A stretch of 32,945 bases of DNA from Gemmatimonadota bacterium (GTDB lineage Bacteria; Gemmatimonadota; Gemmatimonadetes; Palauibacterales; Palauibacteraceae): assembly GCA_023554435.1 (NCBI GenBank), contig JAMJQV010000054.1, forward strand, positions 1 to 32,945. The letters run 5' to 3'. A model generated the notes under the pieces. That model searched no databases. It was not told where the DNA came from and was given only the letters and a program-made list of their open reading frames with translations. Positions 17,513-28,633 of the stretch are shown piece after piece; the first letter of the stretch is position 1; each line of letters opens with the position of its first letter. Position numbers and translations under genes: made by a program.

Positions 17513-18511
17513 TCAGCTGTCGGGATCCTGGCGCTCGAACCAGCGGCGCGTGGGATCCACACGGTTCACGTCGCCCGCCACCCGCACTTCGACGGCCCCC
17601 CCCTCCCGGAGGCTGTAGCCCGCGGGGGGGTACTGTCCCACGATCCTGCCCGGCGCCTCGAGCGCCTGCGGATCGTAGGTGATGGCCCCCAACTCGAGGC
17701 CCGCCCCGGACAGGGCGCCCTGTGCGTCATCCACGTGTCGGCCAACCAGTTCAGGCACCTGAACGACGGGACGCCCCTCGCTGACCACCAGCGTGACTTC
17801 GGCGGGCACCGCCAGCTCCGTACCTGCCTCGGGACGCGTCTGGACGGCCTTGCCCCCTTCGAGCGTATGCGTCGTCCGCTCGATCGCGACCTCGTACCCG
17901 AGCCGCTCCAGCACGATGGCCGCCTGCCGTTCGGATAGGCCCGATACGTCGGGAAGCACGTGAAGTTCTGGGCCACGGCTGAGGGACACGTAGATCGGCG
18001 CCCCGGGCCTGGCGTACTGCCCGGGCAACGGGTCCTGCGACAGGACGGCACCCTCCGGGGCCAGGTGATGGGTCACACCCGAGCGAACCGTGTATTCCAG
18101 GCCGATCCGATCCAGCCGGCCCTGCGCCTCGTCTTCCGTGAGACCTACCAGTTCGGGCACTTTGACGAGGGACGAATCATCCTCGACCCGCCCGCCCGGA
18201 AACACCCACTGCGCGGCCGCCAGATAGCCCCCCCCGAAGAACGCCGCCACCACGACCGCCGAGATGAGCCACCGGCCCCAGCGCCGACCGCCGCCAGCGG
18301 CCGCCACGACTTGCGTCTCGTGTTCCCTGGAGAACAGCTCGGACAGGGTCTGCGTGCGCGGCGGAGCCGCGGCAGCCGCCGTACCATCCGGCAGCTCCCT
18401 CTGCTCGGGAACGTCGCTCGATGCCTGTTCTTCCGGCGGCGGACCTGAAGCCCGCTCTCCGCCCCTGGCCCCCCGACCGCCGCCCAACCCGCGGCGCCGC
18501 CTGTAGCTCAT
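17513..18511 (-). CDS. Membrane-anchored protein with three PASTA domains and no kinase or transpeptidase domain.
   Basis: Trimmed to the ATG at 18511 (MSYRRRRGLGGGRGARGG...). An Arg/Gly/Pro/Ala-rich N-terminal segment of ~78 aa precedes a TM helix (WLISAVVVAAFFGGGYLAAAQWVF). Three PASTA repeats follow, beginning VPELVGLTEDEAQGRLDRIGL, LPDVSGLSERQAAIVLERLGY and VPELVGRHVDDAQGALSGAGL. Confidence 0.8.
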   Translation of the reverse strand: MSYRRRRGLGGGRGARGGERASGPPPEEQASSDVPEQRELPDGTAAAAAPPRTQTLSELFSREHETQVVAAAGGGRRWGRWLISAVVVAAFFGGGYLAAAQWVFPGGRVEDDSSLVKVPELVGLTEDEAQGRLDRIGLEYTVRSGVTHHLAPEGAVLSQDPLPGQYARPGAPIYVSLSRGPELHVLPDVSGLSERQAAIVLERLGYEVAIERTTHTLEGGKAVQTRPEAGTELAVPAEVTLVVSEGRPVVQVPELVGRHVDDAQGALSGAGLELGAITYDPQALEAPGRIVGQYPPAGYSLREGGAVEVRVAGDVNRVDPTRRWFERQDPDS

Positions 18512-18549
18512 CCTGTCGTTCCCCTTTCGTCCGGGCCCTGAGCGGCCTG

Positions 18550-19914
18550 CTAAGAACGTCTCAGTCGGCTCGCGAACGCTCCGTCGGTGTCCCACTTCCA
18601 CGGCAACACCCGCAGGTCGCCGTTCTCATCGATCGCTTCATCGGGTACCCACATTGGCCCCGGCGGCTCCCTTCCGAAGTCGCCATGCCGGGCCAGAAAG
18701 CTCTCGACCTGCTCCTCGTTCTCCTCCGGCTCGAGAGAACAGGTCGCGTACACGAGCAGTCCTCCAGGCTCGACCAGGACCGCCATCGCATCCAGCAACT
18801 CGCGCTGCAGCGCCACGACTGAATCGAGCCTTTCCTGGTCCACGCGCCACCGGGCGTCCGGGCGGCGGCGCAGCACGCCGGTTCCCGTGCACGGTGCGTC
18901 GAGCAGAACCGTTCGCGCGCCGGCGATCGCTGGTGCACGCGCGTCCGCCCTGAGCAGGTGAATATCCAGCCCGAGCCTGGCGACCGGTTCACGCAGCCGG
19001 TCTAGCCGGCGACCACTCAGGTCGGCAGCCACAAATGGACGGGCACCCCGGGCCCTCGACGCCAGGGCGAGAGTCTTTCCACCCGGTGCCGCACAGGCAT
19101 CCAGAACGGGGCCCATGCATCCATCGCCCACGTAGTCTACCACCGCAGAGGCGGCGGGGTCCTGCACGACACACGGGAGACTCCCGAGCACTTGCTCCGG
19201 CCGACCCTCACGGACGCGGAACATCGACTTCCAGCCAGGCTCGGCCACCAACCGGACCCCTGCGATCGGCGTGAGGTCATCGTCCGAATCCGCATCTGCG
19301 TCCAGCAATCGCACCGTCACCGGTGGAGCCCGGTTATCATTCTCCACCAGACGCCGAACCGAGGCAAGCGGCCAGCGCGACAGCCAACGATGAATCAGCC
19401 AGCGGGGGTGCGATCCCCACGTCGCGAGATACCCCTCGGGATCAGCATCCGCATCGGGAAATGCCGTCGCCTGTGGCCCTTCCCTCGCGGCTCGACGCAG
19501 GACCGCATTCGCCAGTCCGCTGACCTTCGGGCCGACGGTTCGCTTGAGTCCTTCGACCGTCTGGTCGACGGCTGCATGGTCAGGTACGCGGGTCTCGCGC
19601 ATCTGGTACAGACCAAGGCGCAGCCACTGGAGTACGCGGGGATCCAGGCGACGGATCGGCCTGTCGAGCAGCAGACCCAACTCGGCATCCAGGCGGGAGC
19701 GCAGGCGGATCGAGCCGTACGCCAGTTCGAGCGCCAGGCCGCGATCGTCCGGCTGGAGACCCGACAGACGACGCGACGCGGCGTGATCGGCGAACTCGCC
19801 GCGATCCACGTCGCACAGGGTGTGAAATGCGGCGAGGCGGGGGCCCTCCCCCGACCCCTCCCGTTCCTGGTTCAATCCAGCATGCCTGTCGACGGGCTCG
19901 AGGGTACGCCCCAT
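18550..19914 (-). CDS. rsmB: 16S rRNA (cytosine-C5)-methyltransferase RsmB/Sun.
   Basis: NusB-like N-terminal domain, then a SAM MTase core ([41 protein letters not shown]). Start is uncertain. The ATG at 19914 overlaps thiG by 43 nt. The TTG at 19875 gives a TTGA overlap with the thiG stop. The track ATG at 20064 is too far inside thiG. Confidence 0.85.
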   Translation of the reverse strand: MGRTLEPVDRHAGLNQEREGSGEGPRLAAFHTLCDVDRGEFADHAASRRLSGLQPDDRGLALELAYGSIRLRSRLDAELGLLLDRPIRRLDPRVLQWLRLGLYQMRETRVPDHAAVDQTVEGLKRTVGPKVSGLANAVLRRAAREGPQATAFPDADADPEGYLATWGSHPRWLIHRWLSRWPLASVRRLVENDNRAPPVTVRLLDADADSDDDLTPIAGVRLVAEPGWKSMFRVREGRPEQVLGSLPCVVQDPAASAVVDYVGDGCMGPVLDACAAPGGKTLALASRARGARPFVAADLSGRRLDRLREPVARLGLDIHLLRADARAPAIAGARTVLLDAPCTGTGVLRRRPDARWRVDQERLDSVVALQRELLDAMAVLVEPGGLLVYATCSLEPEENEEQVESFLARHGDFGREPPGPMWVPDEAIDENGDLRVLPWKWDTDGAFASRLRRS

Positions 19915-20678
19915 TCTCGCACCGGCATGCGACCCGCCAGCCACGCAGCTCGCCCGGCCTCGACTGCCTGGCGCATGGCGTGCGCCATGAGCACCGGGTC
20001 CTCGGCCGCCGCCAGCGCCGTGTTCATGAGAATGCCGTCCACCCCCTGCTCCATGGTCTCGCACGCATCGGAGGCCGTCCCGACCCCCGCGTCCACGATC
20101 ACCGGAACGTCCAGCCGGCTCTTGAGAATCCGGATGTTCACGGGGTTGAGCAGTCCCAGTCCGCTCCCGATCGGAGAGGCCAGGGGCATGACGGCCGCGG
20201 CACCCGCATCCTGGAGCTTGAGAGCCGTGATCAGGTCGTCGTTCGTGTAGGGCAGCACCGTGAAGCCCTCTGCCACCAGCGTCCGCGTCGCTGCCAGCAA
20301 CGCTTCCGTATCCGGAAGCAACGTCTCCTGGTCCCCGATCACCTCGAGCTTTACCCAGTCACTGAGTCCTGCCTCGCGTCCCAGTCGGGCGTACCGCACC
20401 GCATCCTCCTCGGTATAGCACCCGGCGGTGTTGGGCAGGAGGAAGAACTCCTGCGGGTCGAGGTGGTGCAGCAAGCTCTCTTCTTTCGAGGCGTCCAGAT
20501 CGACGCGACGCACCGCTACGGTGACCATCTCCGCGCCCGAGGCCCTCAGCGCCGCTACCGTCTGCCGGGCGTCTCTGTACTTGCCGGTGCCGACGATCAG
20601 ACGCGACTCGAATGTCCGTCCGCCGATCGCCAGGGGGTTCGGATCCGCCGCCAACCCGTTTCTCATGACCGTACTCAT
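19872..20678 (-). CDS. thiG: Thiazole synthase.
   Basis: 268 aa. Motifs: [48 protein letters not shown]. Confidence 0.95.
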   Translation of the reverse strand: MSTVMRNGLAADPNPLAIGGRTFESRLIVGTGKYRDARQTVAALRASGAEMVTVAVRRVDLDASKEESLLHHLDPQEFFLLPNTAGCYTEEDAVRYARLGREAGLSDWVKLEVIGDQETLLPDTEALLAATRTLVAEGFTVLPYTNDDLITALKLQDAGAAAVMPLASPIGSGLGLLNPVNIRILKSRLDVPVIVDAGVGTASDACETMEQGVDGILMNTALAAAEDPVLMAHAMRQAVEAGRAAWLAGRMPVREWGVPSSPSTGMLD

Positions 20679-20706
20679 GTGTCGACTCGATACTCCTGTA
20701 TGTGAC

Positions 20707-20910
20707 TCAACCGCCGCCCACGAAGTGGACGATCTCGATTCGATCTCCGTCCCGCAGGGCCACCTCCGCGATCTCGGTTCGCCGGATGATCTGTCGGTTC
20801 AGCTCCACGACCACCAGTCGCCCGTCCAGCTCCAGGTCCTCCAGGAGTCCGGCCACCGTGTGGCCGTCGCTGACCTCCCGGTCCTTACCGTTGACTTCTA
20901 TGCGAAGCAT
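20707..20910 (-). CDS. thiS: Sulfur-carrier protein ThiS.
   Basis: The track ORF 20707..21093 is trimmed to the ATG at 20910. This gives 67 aa ([13 protein letters not shown]...[13 protein letters not shown]) ending in the diagnostic C-terminal GG. It overlaps the thiE end by 13 nt. Confidence 0.85.
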   Translation of the reverse strand: MLRIEVNGKDREVSDGHTVAGLLEDLELDGRLVVVELNRQIIRRTEIAEVALRDGDRIEIVHFVGGG

Positions 20911-21545
20911 ACGCCCTCGCCCTCCTGTTGAGCGCACAGTTCGATCAGGCGAAGGGCCTCCTGCACGGGATTCTCCGCCTGCCAGACTGCGCGAATCACG
21001 GCGATCCCGCAGGCCCCTGCCTTCAGCACCTGTCGCGCGTTGCCCGATTCGATTCCCCCGATTCCTACCACCGGCACGCCTGCTTCGAGGCACGAGGCCA
21101 CCAGCGCGGGTCCGGCTGGAGCCCGACCCGGGTGTGTGGCGGTCGAGAACACCGACCCGGCTACCACGAAGTCGGCGCCTTCGGCCGCCCTCTCAAGGGC
21201 CTCACCGGCCGAGTGCACGGATGCCCCGATGGCGAAACGCCCTTCCCGAAGCCGGTGGACTGCGTTCACCGGAAGAGAGCCCGTGCCCAGCTGGACGGCC
21301 TGAGCTCCCGAGGTGAGCGCCACATCGACCCGGTCGTTGATCACGCACCAGGCGCCGGATTCGGCAGCGGAGTCTCCGAGCCTCACGGCCAGCCGATGGA
21401 GATTCCGACCGTCCGTGCGGCGCAGCCTCAGGTGAAGTGCGATCCGTTCGCGGCCAGCAGCCATCAGGTTCCCGGCATTCGCCACGAACGAACGAGCTTC
21501 TGCCACTTCGTCCGTCGCGATTACATGGAGGAGCGGGACGTTCAC
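20898..21545 (-). CDS. thiE: Thiamine-phosphate synthase family protein (ThiE, or the related thiazole tautomerase TenI).
   Basis: Trimmed to the GTG at 21545 (a GTGA overlap with the fmt stop), giving 215 aa. Motifs: VINDRVDVAL, GAQAVQLG, IGASVHS, GADFVVAGSVFST, PVVGIGGI. The region after SVFST lacks an obvious Lys (STATHPGR), so TenI-like function cannot be excluded. Confidence 0.75.
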   Translation of the reverse strand: MNVPLLHVIATDEVAEARSFVANAGNLMAAGRERIALHLRLRRTDGRNLHRLAVRLGDSAAESGAWCVINDRVDVALTSGAQAVQLGTGSLPVNAVHRLREGRFAIGASVHSAGEALERAAEGADFVVAGSVFSTATHPGRAPAGPALVASCLEAGVPVVGIGGIESGNARQVLKAGACGIAVIRAVWQAENPVQEALRLIELCAQQEGEGVCFA

Positions 21546-22474
21546 TCGAACGATTGGCCCTCCGCCACGCCCCGGCCATTGATCCAGGACTCCGAGGTCA
21601 TTCGGGGACGACCCGCCGGCTTCACCTCGCGCAGCCGAATCGCGCCCGATCCCGTGGCCACCACAAGCCCATTCCTGGCATCGGCAGCGAGCACGCTGCC
21701 CGGAGGCCCCGAGCCATCGTACGAATCCGCTTCCGGGCCAAACACCTGAACCGCCTGCTCTTCGAGTGTGGTCCAGGCTCCGGGCCACGGATCGCATCCG
21801 CGGATCCACCGATCGAGCTCGCCAGCCGGAAGCCGCCAGTCCAGCCGGGCACCCTCCCTGCTCATCTTCGGAGCGTCGGTGGCGTGCTCGTGGACCTGCG
21901 GTTCCTCGCGCAAGACTCCCGCTTCCATCTGTGCGAGGGCCTCGACCAGGGCCGTTGCCCCGATCTCGGAGAGCATTTCGTACAACTCGCCCGCCGTCAG
22001 GTCCGGCGGCAGCTCGACGGCCACCCGGTACAGCACCGGCCCGGCATCCAGCTCGCGAACCATTCGCATGATCGTCACGCCCGAGTGCTCGTGTCCGCGG
22101 ATGATCGCCCAGTTGACCGGCGCCGCCCCGCGAAGCTCGGGCAGCAGCGAACCGTGGACGTTCACAGAACCTCGCGGAGGAAGGGTCAGCACCTCCTCGG
22201 TGAGGATCTCGCCGTAGGCCGCCACGACCGAGATCTCGGGATCCAGGTCTCGCAGCTGGGCCAGGAACGCCTCTCCCCGGGGCTTCTCCGGCTGGAGAAC
22301 GGGGATGCCCTCTTCTTCCGCCACGGTCTTGATGGCCCCGCTCCGAACGGCACGTCCTCGCCCGGCCGGCCGGTCCGGCTGGGTGACCACGGCCACCACC
22401 GCGTGTCCCTCTTCCTGGAGGGCTCGGAGAGACGGTACACCGAAGTCCGGGGTACCCCAGAAGAGGATTTTCAT
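21542..22474 (-). CDS. fmt: Methionyl-tRNA formyltransferase.
   Basis: 310 aa. Motifs: MKILFWGTPDFGVPSL, VVTQPDRPAGRG, NVHGSLLPELRGAAPVNWAI (the HxSLLPxxRG motif), plus a C-terminal tRNA-binding domain. Confidence 0.95.
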   Translation of the reverse strand: MKILFWGTPDFGVPSLRALQEEGHAVVAVVTQPDRPAGRGRAVRSGAIKTVAEEEGIPVLQPEKPRGEAFLAQLRDLDPEISVVAAYGEILTEEVLTLPPRGSVNVHGSLLPELRGAAPVNWAIIRGHEHSGVTIMRMVRELDAGPVLYRVAVELPPDLTAGELYEMLSEIGATALVEALAQMEAGVLREEPQVHEHATDAPKMSREGARLDWRLPAGELDRWIRGCDPWPGAWTTLEEQAVQVFGPEADSYDGSGPPGSVLAADARNGLVVATGSGAIRLREVKPAGRPRMTSESWINGRGVAEGQSFE

Positions 22475-22505
22475 GTGCCGTCTCCGTCGACTCCGCGGTC
22501 GCGTT

Positions 22506-23021
22506 TCAGGATGAGCCCTGACGCCCGGCTTCGTCCGTCTTTGACCACTTCTTGAGCAGCATACGACGCTTGAGCGGACTTACGCGATCGATGAACAGGA
22601 CCCCATCCAGGTGGTCGTTCTCGTGCTGGAGACAGCGGCTCAGGAGGCCGGTCGCCTCGATGCGCACGGGCTCTCCGTCCCGATCCAGGCCCTCGACCAC
22701 CACCTGCCCGCTTCGCTCCACGACCTCGTCGAGCCCCGGAATGCTGAGGCAGCCCTCGACTTCCTTCTGCTTCCCCGTTGCCTCTACGATGCGAGGGTTC
22801 ACCAGCACCCCGGGCGCGATCTCGTCCTCGCGCACATCGTAGACGAACACCCGCAGTGGGACGCCGATCTGGGGTGCCGCCAGGCCGATCCCGTCTTCCG
22901 CATACATGGTCTCGAGGAGGTCGTCCACCAGGGCGCGGATGTCGTCGTCGATCGTCTCCACTTCGCGGCACATCTCCCGCAACACGGGATCGCCCAGGTA
23001 CCGTACCTCGCGCACGCTCAC
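22506..23021 (-). CDS. def: Peptide deformylase.
   Basis: 171 aa with a GTG start. The three PDF motifs are present: GIGLAAPQIG, EGCLSIPG, HENDHLDG. Confidence 0.95.
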   Translation of the reverse strand: MSVREVRYLGDPVLREMCREVETIDDDIRALVDDLLETMYAEDGIGLAAPQIGVPLRVFVYDVREDEIAPGVLVNPRIVEATGKQKEVEGCLSIPGLDEVVERSGQVVVEGLDRDGEPVRIEATGLLSRCLQHENDHLDGVLFIDRVSPLKRRMLLKKWSKTDEAGRQGSS

Positions 23022-23050
23022 GTCCTTCGTGCCTTCCCCGCCGCCGGTCG

Positions 23051-23365
23051 TCAGCCTTCGGCCTGCGGGCCGCTCGCCTTGCGCCCCACCTTGGACCGCT
23101 CGATCTCGAGCCGGGTGTCATCGGCCGTCTTGATCGTCATGCGGTCGTCGGTGAGGTGTATGATCTTGCCGATGATTCCGCCGATGGTGACGACTTCGTC
23201 GCCGCGGCTGAGGGACTTCACCATCTCGTCGTGAGACTTCTGTTGCTTCCGTTGCGGCCGGATGAGCAGGAAGTAGAAGATCAGGAAGATGGCACCGAAC
23301 ATGAATACTGTGCCGAACGGATTCGGCCCGGCCGCCGGCGTCTGCAGAAGTGAAAGGATCAGCAC
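23051..23365 (-). CDS. yajC: Preprotein translocase subunit YajC.
   Basis: 104 aa. GTG start preceded by AGGAGA. Single TM, then FLLIRPQRKQQK...LSRGDEVVTIGGIIGKI, the YajC signature. Confidence 0.9.
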   Translation of the reverse strand: MLILSLLQTPAAGPNPFGTVFMFGAIFLIFYFLLIRPQRKQQKSHDEMVKSLSRGDEVVTIGGIIGKIIHLTDDRMTIKTADDTRLEIERSKVGRKASGPQAEG

Positions 23366-23453
23366 TGTTCGTCTCCTGGTGGCCCTTTCCCGCCGCGAGC
23401 GGGCGTGGCCTTGGGTGGTTCAGTTGTCTCACTCAGCCAAATAACTTAATGGA

Positions 23454-25639
<2,186 letters not shown>

Positions 25640-25650
<11 letters not shown>

Positions 25651-26710
25651 CCCCGAACAGTCCTGCCTGGGTCGAGGCCGCATCCGGCGGAAGCGCATAT
25701 CCGAACCGTTCGAAGGCCCGCGGGGTCGCCACCCGGCCCCGCGCCGTGCGGTGCAGATAGCCGTTCTGGATCAGGTACGGTTCGTACACCTCTTCGAGGG
25801 TATTCGCGTCCTCTCCGACGGCTACTGCCAGCGAGCCCAGGCCGACCGGCCCGCCGCCGAAGTTCTCGATGATCGCTCGCAGGACCCGGGCGTCCATTTC
25901 ATCGAGGCCGTACTCGTCCACGTTGAGCATCTCCAGGGCTCCGCGGGCCGTATCTCCGTCGATCCGGCCGTCCGACTTCACCTGGGCATAGTCCCGCACC
26001 CGGCGCAGCAGCCGGTTGGCGATCCGCGGTGTGCCCCGGGACCGGCGGGCGATTTCGATCGCTCCATCTTCGTCGACCGAGACCCCGAATATCTCCGCCG
26101 AGCGCTCTACGATCTGGTGGAGTTCCTCGGGCGGATAGTAGTTCAGCCTCTCGATGACCCCGAAGCGGGCCCGCATGGGCGCGGTGAGAAGCCCGAATCG
26201 GGTCGTGGCGCCCACCAGAGTGAACTGCTCGATCTTCATTGAGACCGTCTGGGCTCTCGCACCCTCGCTGAGCCTGATCTCGATCCGATAGTCCTCCATT
26301 GCCGGATAGAGATACTCCTCGATGACGGGACGCAACCGGTGGATTTCATCGATGAACAGGATGTCGCCGTGCTCGAGATTGGTCAGAAGACCGGCCAGAT
26401 CGCCCGGCTTCTCGAGCACCGGGCCCGATGTAATCTTGATGTTCACATCGAGTTCGCGGGCCATCAGGATCGCGAGAGTCGTCTTGCCCAGGCCGGGCGG
26501 ACCGAAGAACAGCGTGTGGTCGAGGGCTTCCTGCCGCTGCAATGCGGCTCGGATGTAGACGTCGAGCGCCTCCTTGACCTTCTCCTGTCCGACAAACTCT
26601 GCCAGCCGGTCAGGACGGAGGGAGCGCTCGTGCCCCTCTTCGCCATCCAGCGGCCGGGGAGTCGTGACTTCCACGCGTTCGGACATCGGGTTCTCCAGGG
26701 GTTCCATCAA
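25640..26710 (-). CDS. ruvB: Holliday junction branch migration helicase RuvB.
   Basis: 356 aa. Motifs: [17 protein letters not shown], Walker [12 protein letters not shown], Walker [44 protein letters not shown]. Confidence 0.97.
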
Positions 26711-26717
26711 CAGCCTG

Positions 26718-27308
26718 CTAAAGGTGCCTGAGCGCCGTGCGGATCAGTTCCTCGGTTTCGGCGTCTCCGCCGATCTCTCGCCGCGCCGCCCTCAGGGCAC
26801 TCTCGCTCTCGAGGTGCGTGTACCCGAGAGCCCTGAGAGCCTCGATAGCCCCCACGCCCTCCAGAGGCTCTTCCGCCGGACCGGCGCCGGCCATGGCCGC
26901 CAGGTCCTCCAGCTTGTCCGCGAGTTCCAGCGCCATGCGCTCGGCCGTCTTTCGGCCCACCCCGCTGACCATCTGCAGGGTCTCGTGTGCCCGGCTCCTC
27001 AGGGCACTCACGATTCGCTTCGCCGGCAGCGTGCCGATGATGGCGAGCGCCAGCCGCGGACCGACACCGGAAGCGCTCTGCAGCCGGAGGAACAGTTCCC
27101 GGTCGACCGAGCTTCCGAAACCGAACAGCTCCAGCGAGTCGTCCCGCGACACGAGAGCCGTATGCAGATCGACGTCGCTGCCGGGCTGCGGAAGCCCCTC
27201 GAACACACGGGAGGGCACGACGACCTCGTATCCCACACCGGCGACCGTCATGATCTCCACCCGGTCGCCCCGCACGGCGGTCAGCTCTCCCCGAATGCGG
27301 CTGATCAC
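26718..27308 (-). CDS. ruvA: Holliday junction DNA-binding protein RuvA.
   Basis: The track ORF 26718..27524 is trimmed to the GTG at 27308 (a GTGA overlap with the ruvC stop). This gives 196 aa (VISRIRGEL...VGYEV), with HhH motifs ([22 protein letters not shown]). Confidence 0.9.
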   Translation of the reverse strand: MISRIRGELTAVRGDRVEIMTVAGVGYEVVVPSRVFEGLPQPGSDVDLHTALVSRDDSLELFGFGSSVDRELFLRLQSASGVGPRLALAIIGTLPAKRIVSALRSRAHETLQMVSGVGRKTAERMALELADKLEDLAAMAGAGPAEEPLEGVGAIEALRALGYTHLESESALRAARREIGGDAETEELIRTALRHL

Positions 27309-27805
27309 GGATCCGCCCTGAGCTGCGCCAGCGGGCCCGTGCCGATGATCAGGTGACAGAGGGCGGCGGCACAGCCGTCCGCGGCATCGGACGGTCGGGG
27401 CGGCTCTGCCAGCCCGAGGAGTTTCTGTACCATGAATCCCACCTGTGTCTTGGTCGCCCGTCCCGTCCCTACGACGGCCTTCTTGATCTCCGCCGGCGGG
27501 TACTCTGCCACCGGAATGCCGCATTCAGCCCCCGCCAGGAGGGCCACGCCGCGCGCGTGCGCGAGCACGACGGCGGTGCGGGGGTTCTCTCGGTAGAACA
27601 CACCCTCGACCGCCATGCAGTCCGGCTGCAGCCGTTCGATCACGGCCTGTATGTCACTGTAGATGTGCAGGAGGCGAACGGCCAGATCGCCCTGCCTCGG
27701 CGAGCGGATGACGCCGCATTCGATGAGCCGGACATCGGTCCCCCGGCCTTCGACCACTCCATACCCGGTCGCCGTGGATCCTGGATCGATCCCCAGCACT
27801 CTCAC
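27305..27805 (-). CDS. ruvC: Crossover junction endodeoxyribonuclease RuvC.
   Basis: 166 aa. MRVLGIDPGSTATGYGVV carries the catalytic Asp. Also present are AVEGVFY, KKAVVGTGRATKTQV and SDAADGCAAALCH. Confidence 0.93.
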   Translation of the reverse strand: MRVLGIDPGSTATGYGVVEGRGTDVRLIECGVIRSPRQGDLAVRLLHIYSDIQAVIERLQPDCMAVEGVFYRENPRTAVVLAHARGVALLAGAECGIPVAEYPPAEIKKAVVGTGRATKTQVGFMVQKLLGLAEPPRPSDAADGCAAALCHLIIGTGPLAQLRADP

Positions 27806-27853
27806 GGAGATCTGACGCGGTGGCCGGGCGGCGCCGGGTCCGGCCCGGCGATC

Positions 27854-28603
27854 TCAGCCTTCGAGCGACGCGAACGCTTCGTCATCCACCTCGAAATTGG
27901 AGTAGAGCTTCAGAACGTCGTCCTGCTCTTCCAGCGCTGTGACCAGCTTGATCAGTTTCTCGGCTTCCCGTCCCTCCACCTTCACGGTGTTGGTGGGTAG
28001 CAGCGCCAGCTCGGCCTCCTCGAACTCGATTCCCTGCTCGCGAAGGCCGTCCTGAACCACGTGGAAATCGGCAACCGAAGTCGTCAGGTAGTGGATGCCG
28101 TCCTCGGTCCGCATGTCCTCGGCTCCGGCCCCGAGCGCCGACTCGAGAGCCACTTCCTCGTCGTAGCGCGTTCCGTCCAGATAGATCTGACCTTTCCGCT
28201 CGAACATCCACGCGACCGAACCGCTCTGCCCGAGGTTTCCCCCGCCCTTGCTCATGATGTGGCGGATTTCGGCCACTGTACGGTTGGTATTGTCCGTCAC
28301 GCACTCCAGGAAGATGGCCACGCCGCCCGGGCCGTAACCCTCGTACGTGGTCTCCTCGAACACCATGCCCGGCAACTCGCCCGTGCCTCGTTGAACGGCA
28401 CGGTCGATGTTGGCCTGCGGCATGTTCTCGGCTTTCGCGTTGGCGATCGCCGTTCGCAACCGTGGATTGAAGTTGGGGTCACCGCCGCCCTGGCGTGCCG
28501 CTACGGCGAGTTCCCGCCCCATCTTCGAGAACACCCTTCCGCGGGCCTGATCGTTGACCGCCTTCTGGCGCTTGATCTGTGACCATTTGCTGTGTCCTGC
28601 CAA
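27854..28603 (-). CDS. yebC: YebC/PmpR (TACO1) family protein.
   Basis: 249 aa. The family-defining N-terminus MAGHSKWSQIKRQKA is present, and its first codon is TTG (28603..28601). Also present are NPRLRTAIANAKAENMP and YEGYGPGGVAI. Confidence 0.93.
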   Translation of the reverse strand: MAGHSKWSQIKRQKAVNDQARGRVFSKMGRELAVAARQGGGDPNFNPRLRTAIANAKAENMPQANIDRAVQRGTGELPGMVFEETTYEGYGPGGVAIFLECVTDNTNRTVAEIRHIMSKGGGNLGQSGSVAWMFERKGQIYLDGTRYDEEVALESALGAGAEDMRTEDGIHYLTTSVADFHVVQDGLREQGIEFEEAELALLPTNTVKVEGREAEKLIKLVTALEEQDDVLKLYSNFEVDDEAFASLEG

Positions 28604-28633
28604 ACGTCTCTACTCCGTCTCTGGGCACCGCGA

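Noticed and set aside
15751-17682. Long plus-strand ORFs in the track: 15751-17682 (643 aa), 9369-10925 (518 aa), 2397-3944 (515 aa), 28820-30262 (480 aa), 30554-31984 (476 aa), 10870-12114, 23607-24776, 21437-22555, 67-1119 and others.
   Set aside because: - Each lies antisense to a minus-strand gene with clear family motifs.
- Their translations are Arg/Pro/Gly/His-rich low-complexity sequences with no recognisable motifs.
- Such shadow ORFs are expected in high-GC DNA because stop codons are rare.
20600-22600. Looked for a TPP (THI-box) riboswitch ahead of thiE/thiS/thiG, and for a preQ1 element ahead of queA/tgt.
   Set aside because: - No non-coding leader exists, because the genes overlap or abut their upstream neighbours.
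- I did not see the CTGAGA THI-box core on the minus strand in this region.
- A covariance-model scan is needed for certainty.
27806-27853. GC-rich nested inverted repeats (GCCGGGC ... GCCCGGC) in the 48-nt yebC-ruvC spacer.
   Set aside because: - The sequence is almost pure G/C, so short complementary runs are expected by chance.
- There is no U-tract.
- Alternative pairings are ambiguous.
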